Positions 46,841 to 57,734 of a stretch of 64,000 bases of DNA are shown piece by piece. The stretch is from Chloroflexota bacterium (GTDB lineage Bacteria > Chloroflexota > Dehalococcoidia > UBA2979). The stretch's first letter is position 1; every line of letters begins with the position of its first letter. The notes under the pieces were generated by a model, which had not been told where the DNA came from, made no database searches, and saw only the letters and a program-made list of their open reading frames with translations. Both the position numbers and the translations under genes were made by a program. The stretch spans positions 38,501 through 102,500 of the forward strand of contig CANMOP010000004.1 of assembly GCA_947499615.1 (NCBI GenBank). The letters are read 5' to 3'.

Positions 46841-47890
46841 ATGATGCTACGCCCACCGCTGCTGTGGCTGGTCGCGGCGATCCTCGGCGCAGCGCTGCTC
46901 GCGGCGTGCAGTGCACGGCGGGCCGTCGAATCGCCGCCCGCGACCCCGTCCGATGCTCCCCGTGCCGCTACACCGCGCTCCGAGCCCACTCGCCTGCCGA
47001 CCCGCAGCGGAGAGGCCGTCACGCCGCCCGTTGGCGCACAGCCCTCGACGACGTCCGACACCACACGCGCCGCCTCACCTCGCTCCGAGCCATCGGCGCG
47101 CATTGACCTCACTCGCCTGCCCATCGGCGACGGGCGCGTGACGTCGTCGGCCCAGATCGGCAGCGTGTTCTCGTGCCAGCGCCAGTTCGGGGGAGGTGGG
47201 GCGTTCCGCGACGGTCCTTGGATTCGCAGCGACGGCACGTTCGACCTCACGGCCAAGATCGCGGTCAGCGGTACGGTGGGCCTCACACGTCAGTTCCAGC
47301 TGAGCATCAGCGGTGAGACGCGTGCGATCACCGGGAACGGGTTGCCATCCCACCCGGTCGGCACCTTCCCGGTCGCCCCGTCGGATCCGACGTACCAATA
47401 CGACCGGAACACGAACACCATCCGCGCGCAGGCCATCAGCCAATCGATCGCCGCGCGCCCGACGACGGCCGTCCAACCATCGTGCTTGCCGATGGGTGCG
47501 ATTGGCGTGACGCTGAACGGCGTGGTGTTCTTCAATGCGCTCGACGCGCTCGGACGGGACGCCGTCGCGCATGAAATCCTCGACGGGTGCGGAGGACACC
47601 CGGAGCGCAGCGGGCAGTACCACTACCACGACCAGGCGAGGTGCATCGATGACACGGGTAGCGGGCACTCGCCGCTGATCGGCTACGCGCTCGATGGCTT
47701 CGGATTGTTCGGACATCGAGGGGAGAACGGCAACGCCGTGGTGAACGCTGACCTCGACGCCTGCCACGGCCACACACACGCCATCGACTGGGACGGCGTG
47801 ACAACGGTGCTCTACCACTACCACGCCACGTATGAGTACCCGTACACGCTCGGTTGCTATCGCGGCACTCCGGCGCGCCGCGGTCCCTAG
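46841..47890 (+). CDS. YHYH-motif lipoprotein
   Basis: Signal peptide with lipobox LLAACS. Pro/Ser/Thr-rich tandem repeat. C-terminal YHYH / HYHATYEYPY motifs typical of YHYH proteins. Confidence 0.7.
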   Translation: MMLRPPLLWLVAAILGAALLAACSARRAVESPPATPSDAPRAATPRSEPTRLPTRSGEAVTPPVGAQPSTTSDTTRAASPRSEPSARIDLTRLPIGDGRVTSSAQIGSVFSCQRQFGGGGAFRDGPWIRSDGTFDLTAKIAVSGTVGLTRQFQLSISGETRAITGNGLPSHPVGTFPVAPSDPTYQYDRNTNTIRAQAISQSIAARPTTAVQPSCLPMGAIGVTLNGVVFFNALDALGRDAVAHEILDGCGGHPERSGQYHYHDQARCIDDTGSGHSPLIGYALDGFGLFGHRGENGNAVVNADLDACHGHTHAIDWDGVTTVLYHYHATYEYPYTLGCYRGTPARRGP

Positions 47891-48435
47891 CCGCCGCTGC
47901 GCCCGAACCACCGCCCGAGGCGTGCCAGCGCGCTCTCACTGGGAGCCGCGATCGCGCTCTCGCCGCCCAACAGCCGCGCCTCTATCGTCGCGACGAGCGT
48001 CACAATCGGCGATGGGCCGGTCGTACCGAAGCCGCGCGCGACCTCGTCGGCGGTGACCGTCGCCAGAAGGTCGGCGGGCGGCGTGCGCGGCTTGTCCAAG
48101 GCGGCACGCACGACCTCGACGGCCGGGAAGCCGGTGGCCTCGACACCTTCGGCGAGCAGCAGCACCGCGCGCGGGTCGAGTGACCGCACGAGCGTGCTCA
48201 GCGCCGCGAGGTCGGGCGGGCGCTCGATGGTGACACGCGCGCCAGTGGAGAGTGTGAGCACCGTGGCCGCGTCACCTCGTGGTGCGCAGTTCGCGACGAA
48301 GTAGCCACGCTCACGCATCGCTTCGGTGAGTGCGGCGATCAGCAGCGTCTTGCCGACGCCCGCCGCGCCGACGATCCGCAGCACCGGCAGGGGAGCCGCG
48401 GCGGCCCGAGCGCCCCCGCCCGCTGGCCCCATCAT
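47887..48435 (-). CDS. mobB: molybdopterin-guanine dinucleotide biosynthesis adaptor MobB
   Basis: P-loop GAAGVGKT, small size, and overlap with the moeA stop. Confidence 0.75.
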   Translation of the reverse strand: MMGPAGGGARAAAAPLPVLRIVGAAGVGKTLLIAALTEAMRERGYFVANCAPRGDAATVLTLSTGARVTIERPPDLAALSTLVRSLDPRAVLLLAEGVEATGFPAVEVVRAALDKPRTPPADLLATVTADEVARGFGTTGPSPIVTLVATIEARLLGGESAIAAPSESALARLGRWFGRSGG

Positions 48436-49745
48436 CGATGTGCCGCGAGCGCCTCGTCGAGCAGGATGACGTCGCATTGCTCGCCAGCCTCGATGGCATC
48501 GACGCCCTCCGGGCAGATCGCGTAGCCGTTCGCCAGCGCCATCGAGGTGAGCACGCCGGAGCCCTGCGGCCCAGTGAGACTAGCGACATAACCATTACCA
48601 TCAAACCTAACAATAGCGCGCGCATAGAAGCGGCGACCATCACCGCTGCGGATACGCTCGGCAGCGCGGGCCCGCACGATCGGGCGAAGCCAGCCGTCGG
48701 GATTGCCGAGCATCGCGTACAGCGCAGCGCGTCCGAACAGTTCGAAGGTCATCAGCGCCGAGACCGGGTTGCCCGGCAGCCCGAGGTGGGGGACGACGCG
48801 TCCGTTAGCCTGGAACGTCCCGAACGCGAGCGGCTTACCAGGGCGCATCCGCACCGTCCAGAAGCCGACCTCGCCCTCCCGCGCCAGCACTTCTTTCACC
48901 ACGTCGAAGTCGCCGCGGGAGACTCCCGCCGAGGTGATGAGCAGGTCAGCGTCCTCCAGAGCCTCGTGGATGCGGGCGGTCAGCGCCTCGACGGTGTCGC
49001 GGGCGACGTCCAGCACGTGCGGGATGCCACCACAGGCGCGCACCGCGGCGGCGAGGCTGAAGGCGTTGGCGTCGTAGATCTTGCCGGGGGTCAGCGGCTC
49101 GCCGGGGCGCAGCAGCTCGTCGCCGGTGGAGAGCACAGCGACGCGCGGACGTCGATGCACCGGCGCGCGGTCGAGACCGAGCGAGCCGAGCACGCCCACC
49201 TGCGCGACCCCGAGCACGGTGCCCTTCGGCAGCACCACCTCGCCGGTGCGCACGTCCTCGGCGACCTCGCGAATGTTGGCGCGCGGCCCCGCGGCGACGT
49301 CGATGCGCACGCTGTCGCGCGAGGTCTCCTGCCAGCGGACGCGCTGCTCCTCCTCGTCAGTCTCCTCGAACGGCACGACGGCGTCGGCACCATCGGGGAT
49401 CGGCGCGCCGGTCATGATGCGCACCGCCTCGCCCGGACCGACGGCACCATCGAACGTGCCGCCGGCCGCGAGGTAGCCGATCACGCGCAGCGTGCGAGGT
49501 GTGGCGCTCGTCGCGCCGACGGTGTCAGCAGCGCGCACGGCGTAGCCGTCCATCGAGGTGTTGGCCATCGGCGGGATGTTGAACGTCGCGACCACGTCCT
49601 CGGACAGCACCTGGCCCACGGCCTCCAGCAGCGGCACGTACTCCGTCGGCAGTGGCGCGAAGCGGGCGAGGATGCGGGCCCGCGCCTCCTCCACCGAGAT
49701 CATGTCGGTCGGCAGGATGGAGCGCGGCTCCTCGGTTGTCGTCAT
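48432..49745 (-). CDS. moeA: molybdopterin molybdenumtransferase MoeA
   Basis: MoeA N-terminal region, MoCF-binding GGVSRGDFD motif and C-terminal domain. 437 aa. Confidence 0.9.
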   Translation of the reverse strand: MTTTEEPRSILPTDMISVEEARARILARFAPLPTEYVPLLEAVGQVLSEDVVATFNIPPMANTSMDGYAVRAADTVGATSATPRTLRVIGYLAAGGTFDGAVGPGEAVRIMTGAPIPDGADAVVPFEETDEEEQRVRWQETSRDSVRIDVAAGPRANIREVAEDVRTGEVVLPKGTVLGVAQVGVLGSLGLDRAPVHRRPRVAVLSTGDELLRPGEPLTPGKIYDANAFSLAAAVRACGGIPHVLDVARDTVEALTARIHEALEDADLLITSAGVSRGDFDVVKEVLAREGEVGFWTVRMRPGKPLAFGTFQANGRVVPHLGLPGNPVSALMTFELFGRAALYAMLGNPDGWLRPIVRARAAERIRSGDGRRFYARAIVRFDGNGYVASLTGPQGSGVLTSMALANGYAICPEGVDAIEAGEQCDVILLDEALAAHR

Positions 49746-49786
49746 CGTGGTTCCATTCTTCGCGTCAGTGACTCAGCCCAGTCCGA

Positions 49787-50038
49787 TCAACCCAGCATCA
49801 CCGAGAGGCATGTCGTGGTGCGCTGCACGCCGGGAACCTGCTGAATGTCCTCCGTGATGCACCTGCCGAGCAGGTCGATGTCGTCCGCCTCCAGTTGCAC
49901 GATCACGTCGTACGGCCCGGTGACGGTGTCGACGGCCAGCACGCGCGCGGCATCAGGCCGCAGATCGCGCATGGCGCGGCCGACCGCTTGCGTCCGCCCG
50001 ACCTCGGTTTCCACCAGGATGTAGCCGCGAATCGCCAT
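49787..50038 (-). CDS. stand-alone Lrp/AsnC C-terminal (RAM) domain protein
   Basis: 83-aa betaalphabetabetaalphabeta domain (YILVETEVGR...PYDVIVQLEADD) with no HTH portion. Confidence 0.55.
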   Translation of the reverse strand: MAIRGYILVETEVGRTQAVGRAMRDLRPDAARVLAVDTVTGPYDVIVQLEADDIDLLGRCITEDIQQVPGVQRTTTCLSVMLG

Positions 50039-50151
50039 CGTCTGTGCGCTCCTTCAGGGTCGAGGCACGTCGAATCACATCGAGGTGCGTCGCACCGATT
50101 GTAGCGGAGGGCGGTGGGAATCGAACCGGTGCGCGGCCGGGGGCCAAGGGC

Positions 50152-50970
50152 CTATCGCGTCGCCGTCACCACCCAGGAGGCAGTGGGGCAGTCGTACGTG
50201 CCCTCGGCGGTGCGGTAGCGGGCCAGCGACTTCGTCACCTCCGCGACGTACGAGGCGCGCTCGGCGGCGTCGAGCGCGGCGAATGCGGGGGCCACTGGCA
50301 GCGTGGTGACCTGTCCGGCCGCGAAGTGCTCCATCGGCGGGAACAGCAGGCGCACGACCACCTGCTCGGCGGTGGCATCCTCGAAGCCCGCCGCCGTCAG
50401 CGCATCGCAGACACGCATCGGGTCGAGGCGGAACGCGCCTGCGAGCCCGTCAACGGCCGGCCCGAGGCGGCGGCGCAGCCCAGCGATCTGCACCTGAAAG
50501 TAGGTCTGCTCCCCCAGCTCCGCCCAGAACGAGACGGCAAGCCTCGCACCCGGCGCGGCGACCCGCGCCATCTCCGAGGCGGCCAACCCCAGGTCCGGGA
50601 AGAACTGGATGCCCTGCTGGCAGAGCACGACGTCAAACTCGCCGTCCGCGCACGGCAGCGCCAGCGCCGAGCCCTCGCGCCACTCGATCGGTGCGACCGA
50701 TGCGCCGGTCGGGTCGCCGAGGCTCCGCGCAACCGCGAGCATGCCCGGATTGAGGTCCAGCCCCACGACGCGCCCCTCGGCACCGGCCTGCATCGCAGCC
50801 CGCCGCGTCACCAGCCCAGTGCCGCACGCGAGATCGAGCACGGCGTCGCCCGGCCGGATCCCCACGCGCGCAATCACCGCCTCCACGAACGGGGCCATGA
50901 TCAGCGGGTTGTAGTCCTGGTACGCCTGCGCGGCCGCCGCTGCGATCTGGAATCCGGACTGCTCGACCAT
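50152..50970 (-). CDS. class I SAM-dependent methyltransferase
   Basis: Motif I VLDLACGTG and post-I acidic residue. Start taken at MVEQSG; the ORF-track N-terminal extension is Pro/Ser-rich and probably untranslated. Confidence 0.75.
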   Translation of the reverse strand: MVEQSGFQIAAAAAQAYQDYNPLIMAPFVEAVIARVGIRPGDAVLDLACGTGLVTRRAAMQAGAEGRVVGLDLNPGMLAVARSLGDPTGASVAPIEWREGSALALPCADGEFDVVLCQQGIQFFPDLGLAASEMARVAAPGARLAVSFWAELGEQTYFQVQIAGLRRRLGPAVDGLAGAFRLDPMRVCDALTAAGFEDATAEQVVVRLLFPPMEHFAAGQVTTLPVAPAFAALDAAERASYVAEVTKSLARYRTAEGTYDCPTASWVVTATR

Positions 50971-51322
50971 GTGGTGTGCTCCTCGAGGCTGTGTGTCGTT
51001 GTCGGCCGCGAGTATGGCACGGGAGCGTGCTAAGGCACGGTTGGCGGGCGCGCTCGACCTTGGCGCCGCGGGCGAGGGAGGGATCAGCGCGTAGAGCCGC
51101 GAGCCGCCGCTGCTCTCGCACGAGCCTGAGCTAAGGCGATTACCACGAGCAAGCTGTGTGGGCGGGTGCGAAGGTAAAGGAAGATACACTCGACACGCGC
51201 CCTGCATCGGCAGAGAATTACGAATACAGGGTGCACATGCGCCGGCGGGCGAGCCCGGGAGGTAGCGATGAGGCAGTTGAGCCGTTGGCAGTGGGCGTGG
51301 AAGAGCAGGGTGGGGCTGGGCG

Positions 51323-52363
51323 GTGCTTGCCGTGGCCATTACCGGGCTCTTGGCGGTCTCGGTCGTGCAGGCGGCGGGGGTGTTTCAGGATCGGCAGACG
51401 CGCCCGATCCTCCTCGGCACCTCGGGGGGCAACATCAATGCCTTTTCCGGGCTGTTCTGCTCGAGCGGGACGCTTGGTGCGCTCGTCCAGAAGGGCGGCA
51501 GCCAGTACATCCTCAGCAACAACCACGTGCTGGCGCGCGAGAATAAGGCGAAGATCGGCGACGACATCACCCAACCGGGCCTGATCGACACCTCTCCTGT
51601 CTGCCAGAAGGAGCCCTTAGACGTCGTTGCTGATGTCACCGCGTTTGTGACCCTGCAGTTCGGAAAGCGGACGACCGCAGCGGACGCCGCCATTACGCTG
51701 GTACGCTCTGGCCAAGTGAATGCGGACGGCGCAATCCTCGCGCTCGGCGCCGACGGGAGCCCAGGTACCGTGAGCAACATCGTCTCCTCCGACACGTTGG
51801 GCTGCGCGGTGCAGAAGAGCGGGCGCACCACTGGCCACACCACAGGCTCGATCTCGGCGGTGGATGCGACAGTCATCGTGAAGTACTCGGGCGGCCGGGC
51901 AACGTTCACCAACCAGTTCTTCGTCACCCCGTCCAGCTTCAGCGCGGGCGGCGACTCCGGCTCGCTGATCGTGCGCGACGGTGGGCCGAATCCGCGGCCG
52001 GTCGGGCTGCTGTTCGCAGGCAATGGCACCTCGACAATCGCGAACCCGATCCAGGACGTGCTGACGGCGCTGGGAGTGAGCATGGTTGGCAGTGACGATG
52101 GCAACACCTCAGGCGACTGCCCACCAGCGTCCCAAGCCACGCAGACGGCGGTTGCAACCGGCCGCGCGGCGAAGGCTAAGCACGTCGATGCGCTGATGAA
52201 CCTCCCGGAGGTGGTCGGCGTCGCGGTCGGCGCGGATGGCGCGGATGGCGCGGTGGAGGTCTACCTCGAGCGCGACAATGCCTCGACCCGCCAGCAGGTT
52301 CCGGCCGCGCTGGACGGCGTCCCGGTGCGGGTACAGGTCACGGGGGCCTTCGAGGCGCGGTAG
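51323..52363 (+). CDS. secreted trypsin-fold (S1, alpha-lytic/streptogrisin-like) serine protease
   Basis: Signal peptide (LAVAITGLLAVSVVQAAG). His region SNNHVL. Catalytic Ser motif AGGDSGSLIV. Gly/Ala-rich C-terminal domain. Confidence 0.72.
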   Translation: MLAVAITGLLAVSVVQAAGVFQDRQTRPILLGTSGGNINAFSGLFCSSGTLGALVQKGGSQYILSNNHVLARENKAKIGDDITQPGLIDTSPVCQKEPLDVVADVTAFVTLQFGKRTTAADAAITLVRSGQVNADGAILALGADGSPGTVSNIVSSDTLGCAVQKSGRTTGHTTGSISAVDATVIVKYSGGRATFTNQFFVTPSSFSAGGDSGSLIVRDGGPNPRPVGLLFAGNGTSTIANPIQDVLTALGVSMVGSDDGNTSGDCPPASQATQTAVATGRAAKAKHVDALMNLPEVVGVAVGADGADGAVEVYLERDNASTRQQVPAALDGVPVRVQVTGAFEAR

Positions 52364-52386
52364 CCCCTCGGATGGTGCGAGCAAGC

Positions 52387-52414
52387 GAAGCGCCGGGTTG
52401 CAGCCCGGCGCTTC
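52387..52414 (+). terminator. putative intrinsic terminator hairpin after the protease gene (11-bp perfect stem, 6-nt loop, no U-tract)
   Basis: GAAGCGCCGGG-TTGCAG-CCCGGCGCTTC. High-GC genomes often lack the U tract. Confidence 0.35.
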
Positions 52415-52472
52415 TGCGTGTGGGAGGGTGGCGAAGATGAGCCTGCGCCGATCCCCCGCTACACTCCCTCTC

Positions 52473-53522
52473 ATGACCACTGACGCCATCACCACCATCG
52501 CCGACGAGGCACGCGCCGGGCTGCAGGCTGCGGGGGACGAGGCCGCGCTCGAGGCGTGGCGGACCGCCACGCTCGGGCGGAGCGGTGCGCTCACCTCGGT
52601 TCTGCGCAGCCTTGGCACGCTCGCACCGGAGGAGCGTCGCGCCGTCGGCCAGGCGGCGAATGTGCTGCGCGACGAGTTGGAGGCGGCGTTCGAGGTGCGG
52701 CGCGAGACGCTGCGGGCGGCGGCGCTGCACGCCTCGGTGGCGGCGGGCGCCATCGACGTCACGCTGCCGGGTCGGCCGCAGCCGCGCGGTGGGCTGCACC
52801 CGGTGACGATCACACTGCGCGAGATCCTCGCGGCGTTCACGCGCATGGGCTTCGATAGCGTCGAGGGCCCCGAGGTGGAGCTGGACGAGTACAACTTCGA
52901 GCGGCTGCGTATCCCGGAGGACCACCCGGCGCGCGACATGTGGGACACCTTCTGGCTCAACCCGGCCACGGCTGGTGAGCGCGCCTCGACGCTCCTTCGC
53001 ACGCACACCTCGCCGATGCAGATCCGCTACATGGAGACGCACACGCCGCCGATCCGCATCGCGGTGCCCGGCCGCTGCTACCGCTACGAGGCGACCGACG
53101 CCACCCACGAGTGGATGCTGACGCAGGTGGAACTGCTCGTCATCGACGAGGGCATCGGGATGGCGGACCTCAAGGGGACGTTGCAGGAGTTCGCGCGCCA
53201 GCTGTTCGGGCCGGACACGCGCGTGTTGCTGCGCAACTCGTACTTCCCCTTCGTCGAGCCGGGCGTGGAGCTCGCCGTCTCCTGCTTCGCCTGCCCCGGC
53301 ACCGACCCCGCGTGCTCGGTCTGTCGAGGTTCCGGCTGGCTGGAGATCATGGGCGCGGGCATGGTGCACCCGGAGATCATCGAGGCTGCGGGCTACGACT
53401 CCACGCGCTACACCGGCTTCGCGGCGGGGATGGGCGCGGAACGCATCGCGATGCTGAAGTACGGCATCACCGACATCCGCCACTTCTACCAGAACGACCT
53501 CCGCTTCCTCGGCCAGTTCTGA
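52473..53522 (+). CDS. pheS: phenylalanyl-tRNA synthetase alpha subunit
   Basis: Class II motifs (FRTHTSPMQIR, GAGMVHPE...GFAAGMGAERIAM). Start taken at MTTDAI; the alternative start is MSLRRS at 52437. Confidence 0.93.
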   Translation: MTTDAITTIADEARAGLQAAGDEAALEAWRTATLGRSGALTSVLRSLGTLAPEERRAVGQAANVLRDELEAAFEVRRETLRAAALHASVAAGAIDVTLPGRPQPRGGLHPVTITLREILAAFTRMGFDSVEGPEVELDEYNFERLRIPEDHPARDMWDTFWLNPATAGERASTLLRTHTSPMQIRYMETHTPPIRIAVPGRCYRYEATDATHEWMLTQVELLVIDEGIGMADLKGTLQEFARQLFGPDTRVLLRNSYFPFVEPGVELAVSCFACPGTDPACSVCRGSGWLEIMGAGMVHPEIIEAAGYDSTRYTGFAAGMGAERIAMLKYGITDIRHFYQNDLRFLGQF

Positions 53523-53576
53523 CCGCCAGCGGTCTCTTACGGTTTCGGACGCGCTCCGCGCAGCGCGTCTGTGGTC

Positions 53577-53621
53577 CCAGCCCCTCTCCCCTCGCCCCGT
53601 CGGCGGGGAGATGGGCTGGGG
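53577..53621. promoter_or_regulatory. long imperfect hairpin (16-nt arms, 15/16 paired) in the unusually long pheS-pheT spacer
   Basis: CCCAGCCCCTCTCCCC ... GGGGAGATGGGCTGGG with a 13-nt loop that itself contains GCC...GGC. A second 6-bp inverted repeat (CGCGTG...CACGCG) lies at 53647-53671. Confidence 0.3.
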
Positions 53622-53683
53622 GTGAGGGCTCCGCGTCCCTCCCCCCGCGTGAGGCCAAGCGCGACACGCGGTAGCATGACAGC

Positions 53684-56122
<2,439 letters not shown>

Positions 56123-56132
56123 GGGTCGAGCG

Positions 56133-56387
56133 ATGGCCATCTACACCGTCGTGCTCGTCCCCGATCGCGACAAGGGCGGCTACTCGGTCTCCGTTCCCGC
56201 GCTACCCGGCCTGCTGACACAGGGTGACACGCGGGAAGAGGCGCTAGACGCCGCCTGTGAAGCGATTGCGTTCCACCTCGAATGCCTCGCAGAAGAGGGC
56301 ACGCCGATCCCGAGCGATGACAGTGTCGTCGGCGATCCCGCCGGAGTTGGTGTCCTCATCGAGTTGATCGAGGTGCCATCGACCTAA
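56133..56387 (+). CDS. HicB-like antitoxin (UPF0150 family), apparently orphan
   Basis: Sequence MAIYTVVLVPDRDKGGYSVSVPALPGLLTQGDTREEALDAACEAIAFHLE matches the HicB_lk_antitox N-terminal consensus. No HicA-like small ORF is present on the same strand on either side. Confidence 0.7.
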   Translation: MAIYTVVLVPDRDKGGYSVSVPALPGLLTQGDTREEALDAACEAIAFHLECLAEEGTPIPSDDSVVGDPAGVGVLIELIEVPST

Positions 56388-56423
56388 TCCAGCCGCAGGG
56401 CGCCTGGCTCACAATGACATAAC

Positions 56424-56451
56424 AAGAAGGCGGCCGTGAGGCCGCCTTCTT
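56424..56451. terminator. bidirectional intrinsic terminator hairpin (12-bp perfect stem, GTGA loop) between hicB-like (+) and rplT (-)
   Basis: AAGAAGGCGGCC-GTGA-GGCCGCCTTCTT. Lies downstream of both convergent transcription units. Confidence 0.6.
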
Positions 56452-56480
56452 CGCGTACAAACGAATGCCGAGGTCGATCG

Positions 56481-56849
56481 CTACGCAGCGACGGCGGCGA
56501 GAGCGGCCTTGGCCTGCTCGGCGACGCGGGCGAAACTGGCGGGCTCGCGGACGGCGAGGTCGGCGAGGGCCTTGCGGTCCAGCTCGATGCCGGCCTTCGA
56601 CAGGCCGTTGATCATGCGTCCGTAGGTGAGGCCGTGCAGCCGGGCGGCGGCGTTGATGCGAATGATCCACAGGCGGCGGAAGTCGCCCTTGCGGTCCTTG
56701 CGGTGGTCCGTGGAGTACCGCAGGGCGTGCATGACCGACTCATGCGCGACCTTATAGTTTGTGTGGCGCTTGCCCCGATGGCCCGCAGCCAGGTTGAGGA
56801 TCTTCTTGTGGCGGGCGTGCGCGGTAACTCGGCTGCGTACTCGGGACAT
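56481..56849 (-). CDS. rplT: 50S ribosomal protein L20
   Basis: Basic, highly conserved L20 sequence ([16 protein letters not shown]...). Confidence 0.95.
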   Translation of the reverse strand: MSRVRSRVTAHARHKKILNLAAGHRGKRHTNYKVAHESVMHALRYSTDHRKDRKGDFRRLWIIRINAAARLHGLTYGRMINGLSKAGIELDRKALADLAVREPASFARVAEQAKAALAAVAA

Positions 56850-56890
56850 GGGGAACCTCGATCGCTACGTGCTGGGTTGTGGCCGGCGCG

Positions 56891-57094
56891 CTAGATGCGC
56901 GCGTATGGGAGCAGTCGACGCAGGCGATCCGCGTGGACGTGGGAGACGATCTCCATGCCACGGATCGCGTAGTGCTGCGACGGGCCCTTCTTCATCCGCT
57001 TATTGTTGCGGTGGTGGGCCATCATCATCACCTTGCCCGTGCCGGTGATCTTCACCCGCTTGGCGGTGCCCTTGTGGGTCTTCATCTTCGGCAT
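56891..57094 (-). CDS. rpmI: 50S ribosomal protein L35
   Basis: MPKMKTHKGTAKRVKITGTGK signature. 67 aa. Start taken at the internal Met of the listed ORF. Confidence 0.95.
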   Translation of the reverse strand: MPKMKTHKGTAKRVKITGTGKVMMMAHHRNNKRMKKGPSQHYAIRGMEIVSHVHADRLRRLLPYARI

Positions 57095-57110
57095 CGTGTG
57101 AGCCGCCTCC

Positions 57111-57734
57111 TCAGGCGGTAGCGGTCTCTGCATCAGGCTCAATCGCGGCTTCCGTAGCCTCCGAGGAGGACACGGTCGACGCGGCTGACTCTGCGGGTCG
57201 AGCACTCGCCGTAGGCGGGCGCTCACGCTTTACACCGGGCGTCACGACGATGGAGAGCATGCGGCCTTCCATGGCCGGGTTACGCTCCATCGACGAGACG
57301 TCGCGGATCTTCTCGTAGAACCGGTCGAGCAGTTCTCGACCGATCTCCGGGTGCGTGATCTCACGCGCCCGGAACATCACCGACACCTTCACCTTGTCGC
57401 CGTCGGCCAGCAGTTTGCGAGCCGTCCGCGCCTTGAAGTCGATGTCGTGGTCGTCGATCTTGACGCGCATGCGCACCTCGCGCAACTCGGAGTGCTTCGC
57501 GCCTTTGCGAGACTCCTTCTCGCGCTTCGACTGCTCGTACTTGAACTTGCCGTAGTCGAGGATGCGGCAGACCGGGGGGTCAGCCGTCGGGGCGACCTCC
57601 ACGAGGTCAAACCCGGATTCCTCGGCCAGCCGCAGCGCGTCATTGCGCGGCACGATGCCGAGTTGCTCCTCACCGCGGATCAGTCTGACCCGGGGGGCGA
57701 GGATTCGCTCGTTGATGCGCAGTTCCTTAGCGAT
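57111..57734 (-). CDS. infC: translation initiation factor IF-3, apparent AUC start codon
   Basis: IF3 N- and C-domains align from IAKELRINERI. The reading frame is closed by an in-frame TAG 5 codons upstream. AGGAGG lies 8 nt upstream of ATC. No ATG/GTG/TTG is available in the frame. Confidence 0.85.
   Translation of the reverse strand: MAKELRINERILAPRVRLIRGEEQLGIVPRNDALRLAEESGFDLVEVAPTADPPVCRILDYGKFKYEQSKREKESRKGAKHSELREVRMRVKIDDHDIDFKARTARKLLADGDKVKVSVMFRAREITHPEIGRELLDRFYEKIRDVSSMERNPAMEGRMLSIVVTPGVKRERPPTASARPAESAASTVSSSEATEAAIEPDAETATA

Noticed and set aside
50115-50135. Second tRNA-like T-loop 11-mer (GGTTCGATTCC on the minus strand) in the intergenic region between the AsnC-like gene and the methyltransferase gene
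   Set aside because: Neither flank forms a T-stem, acceptor stem or anticodon arm, and there is no compositional anomaly nearby. It is most likely a chance match or a very degraded remnant. Only a covariance-model search could upgrade it.
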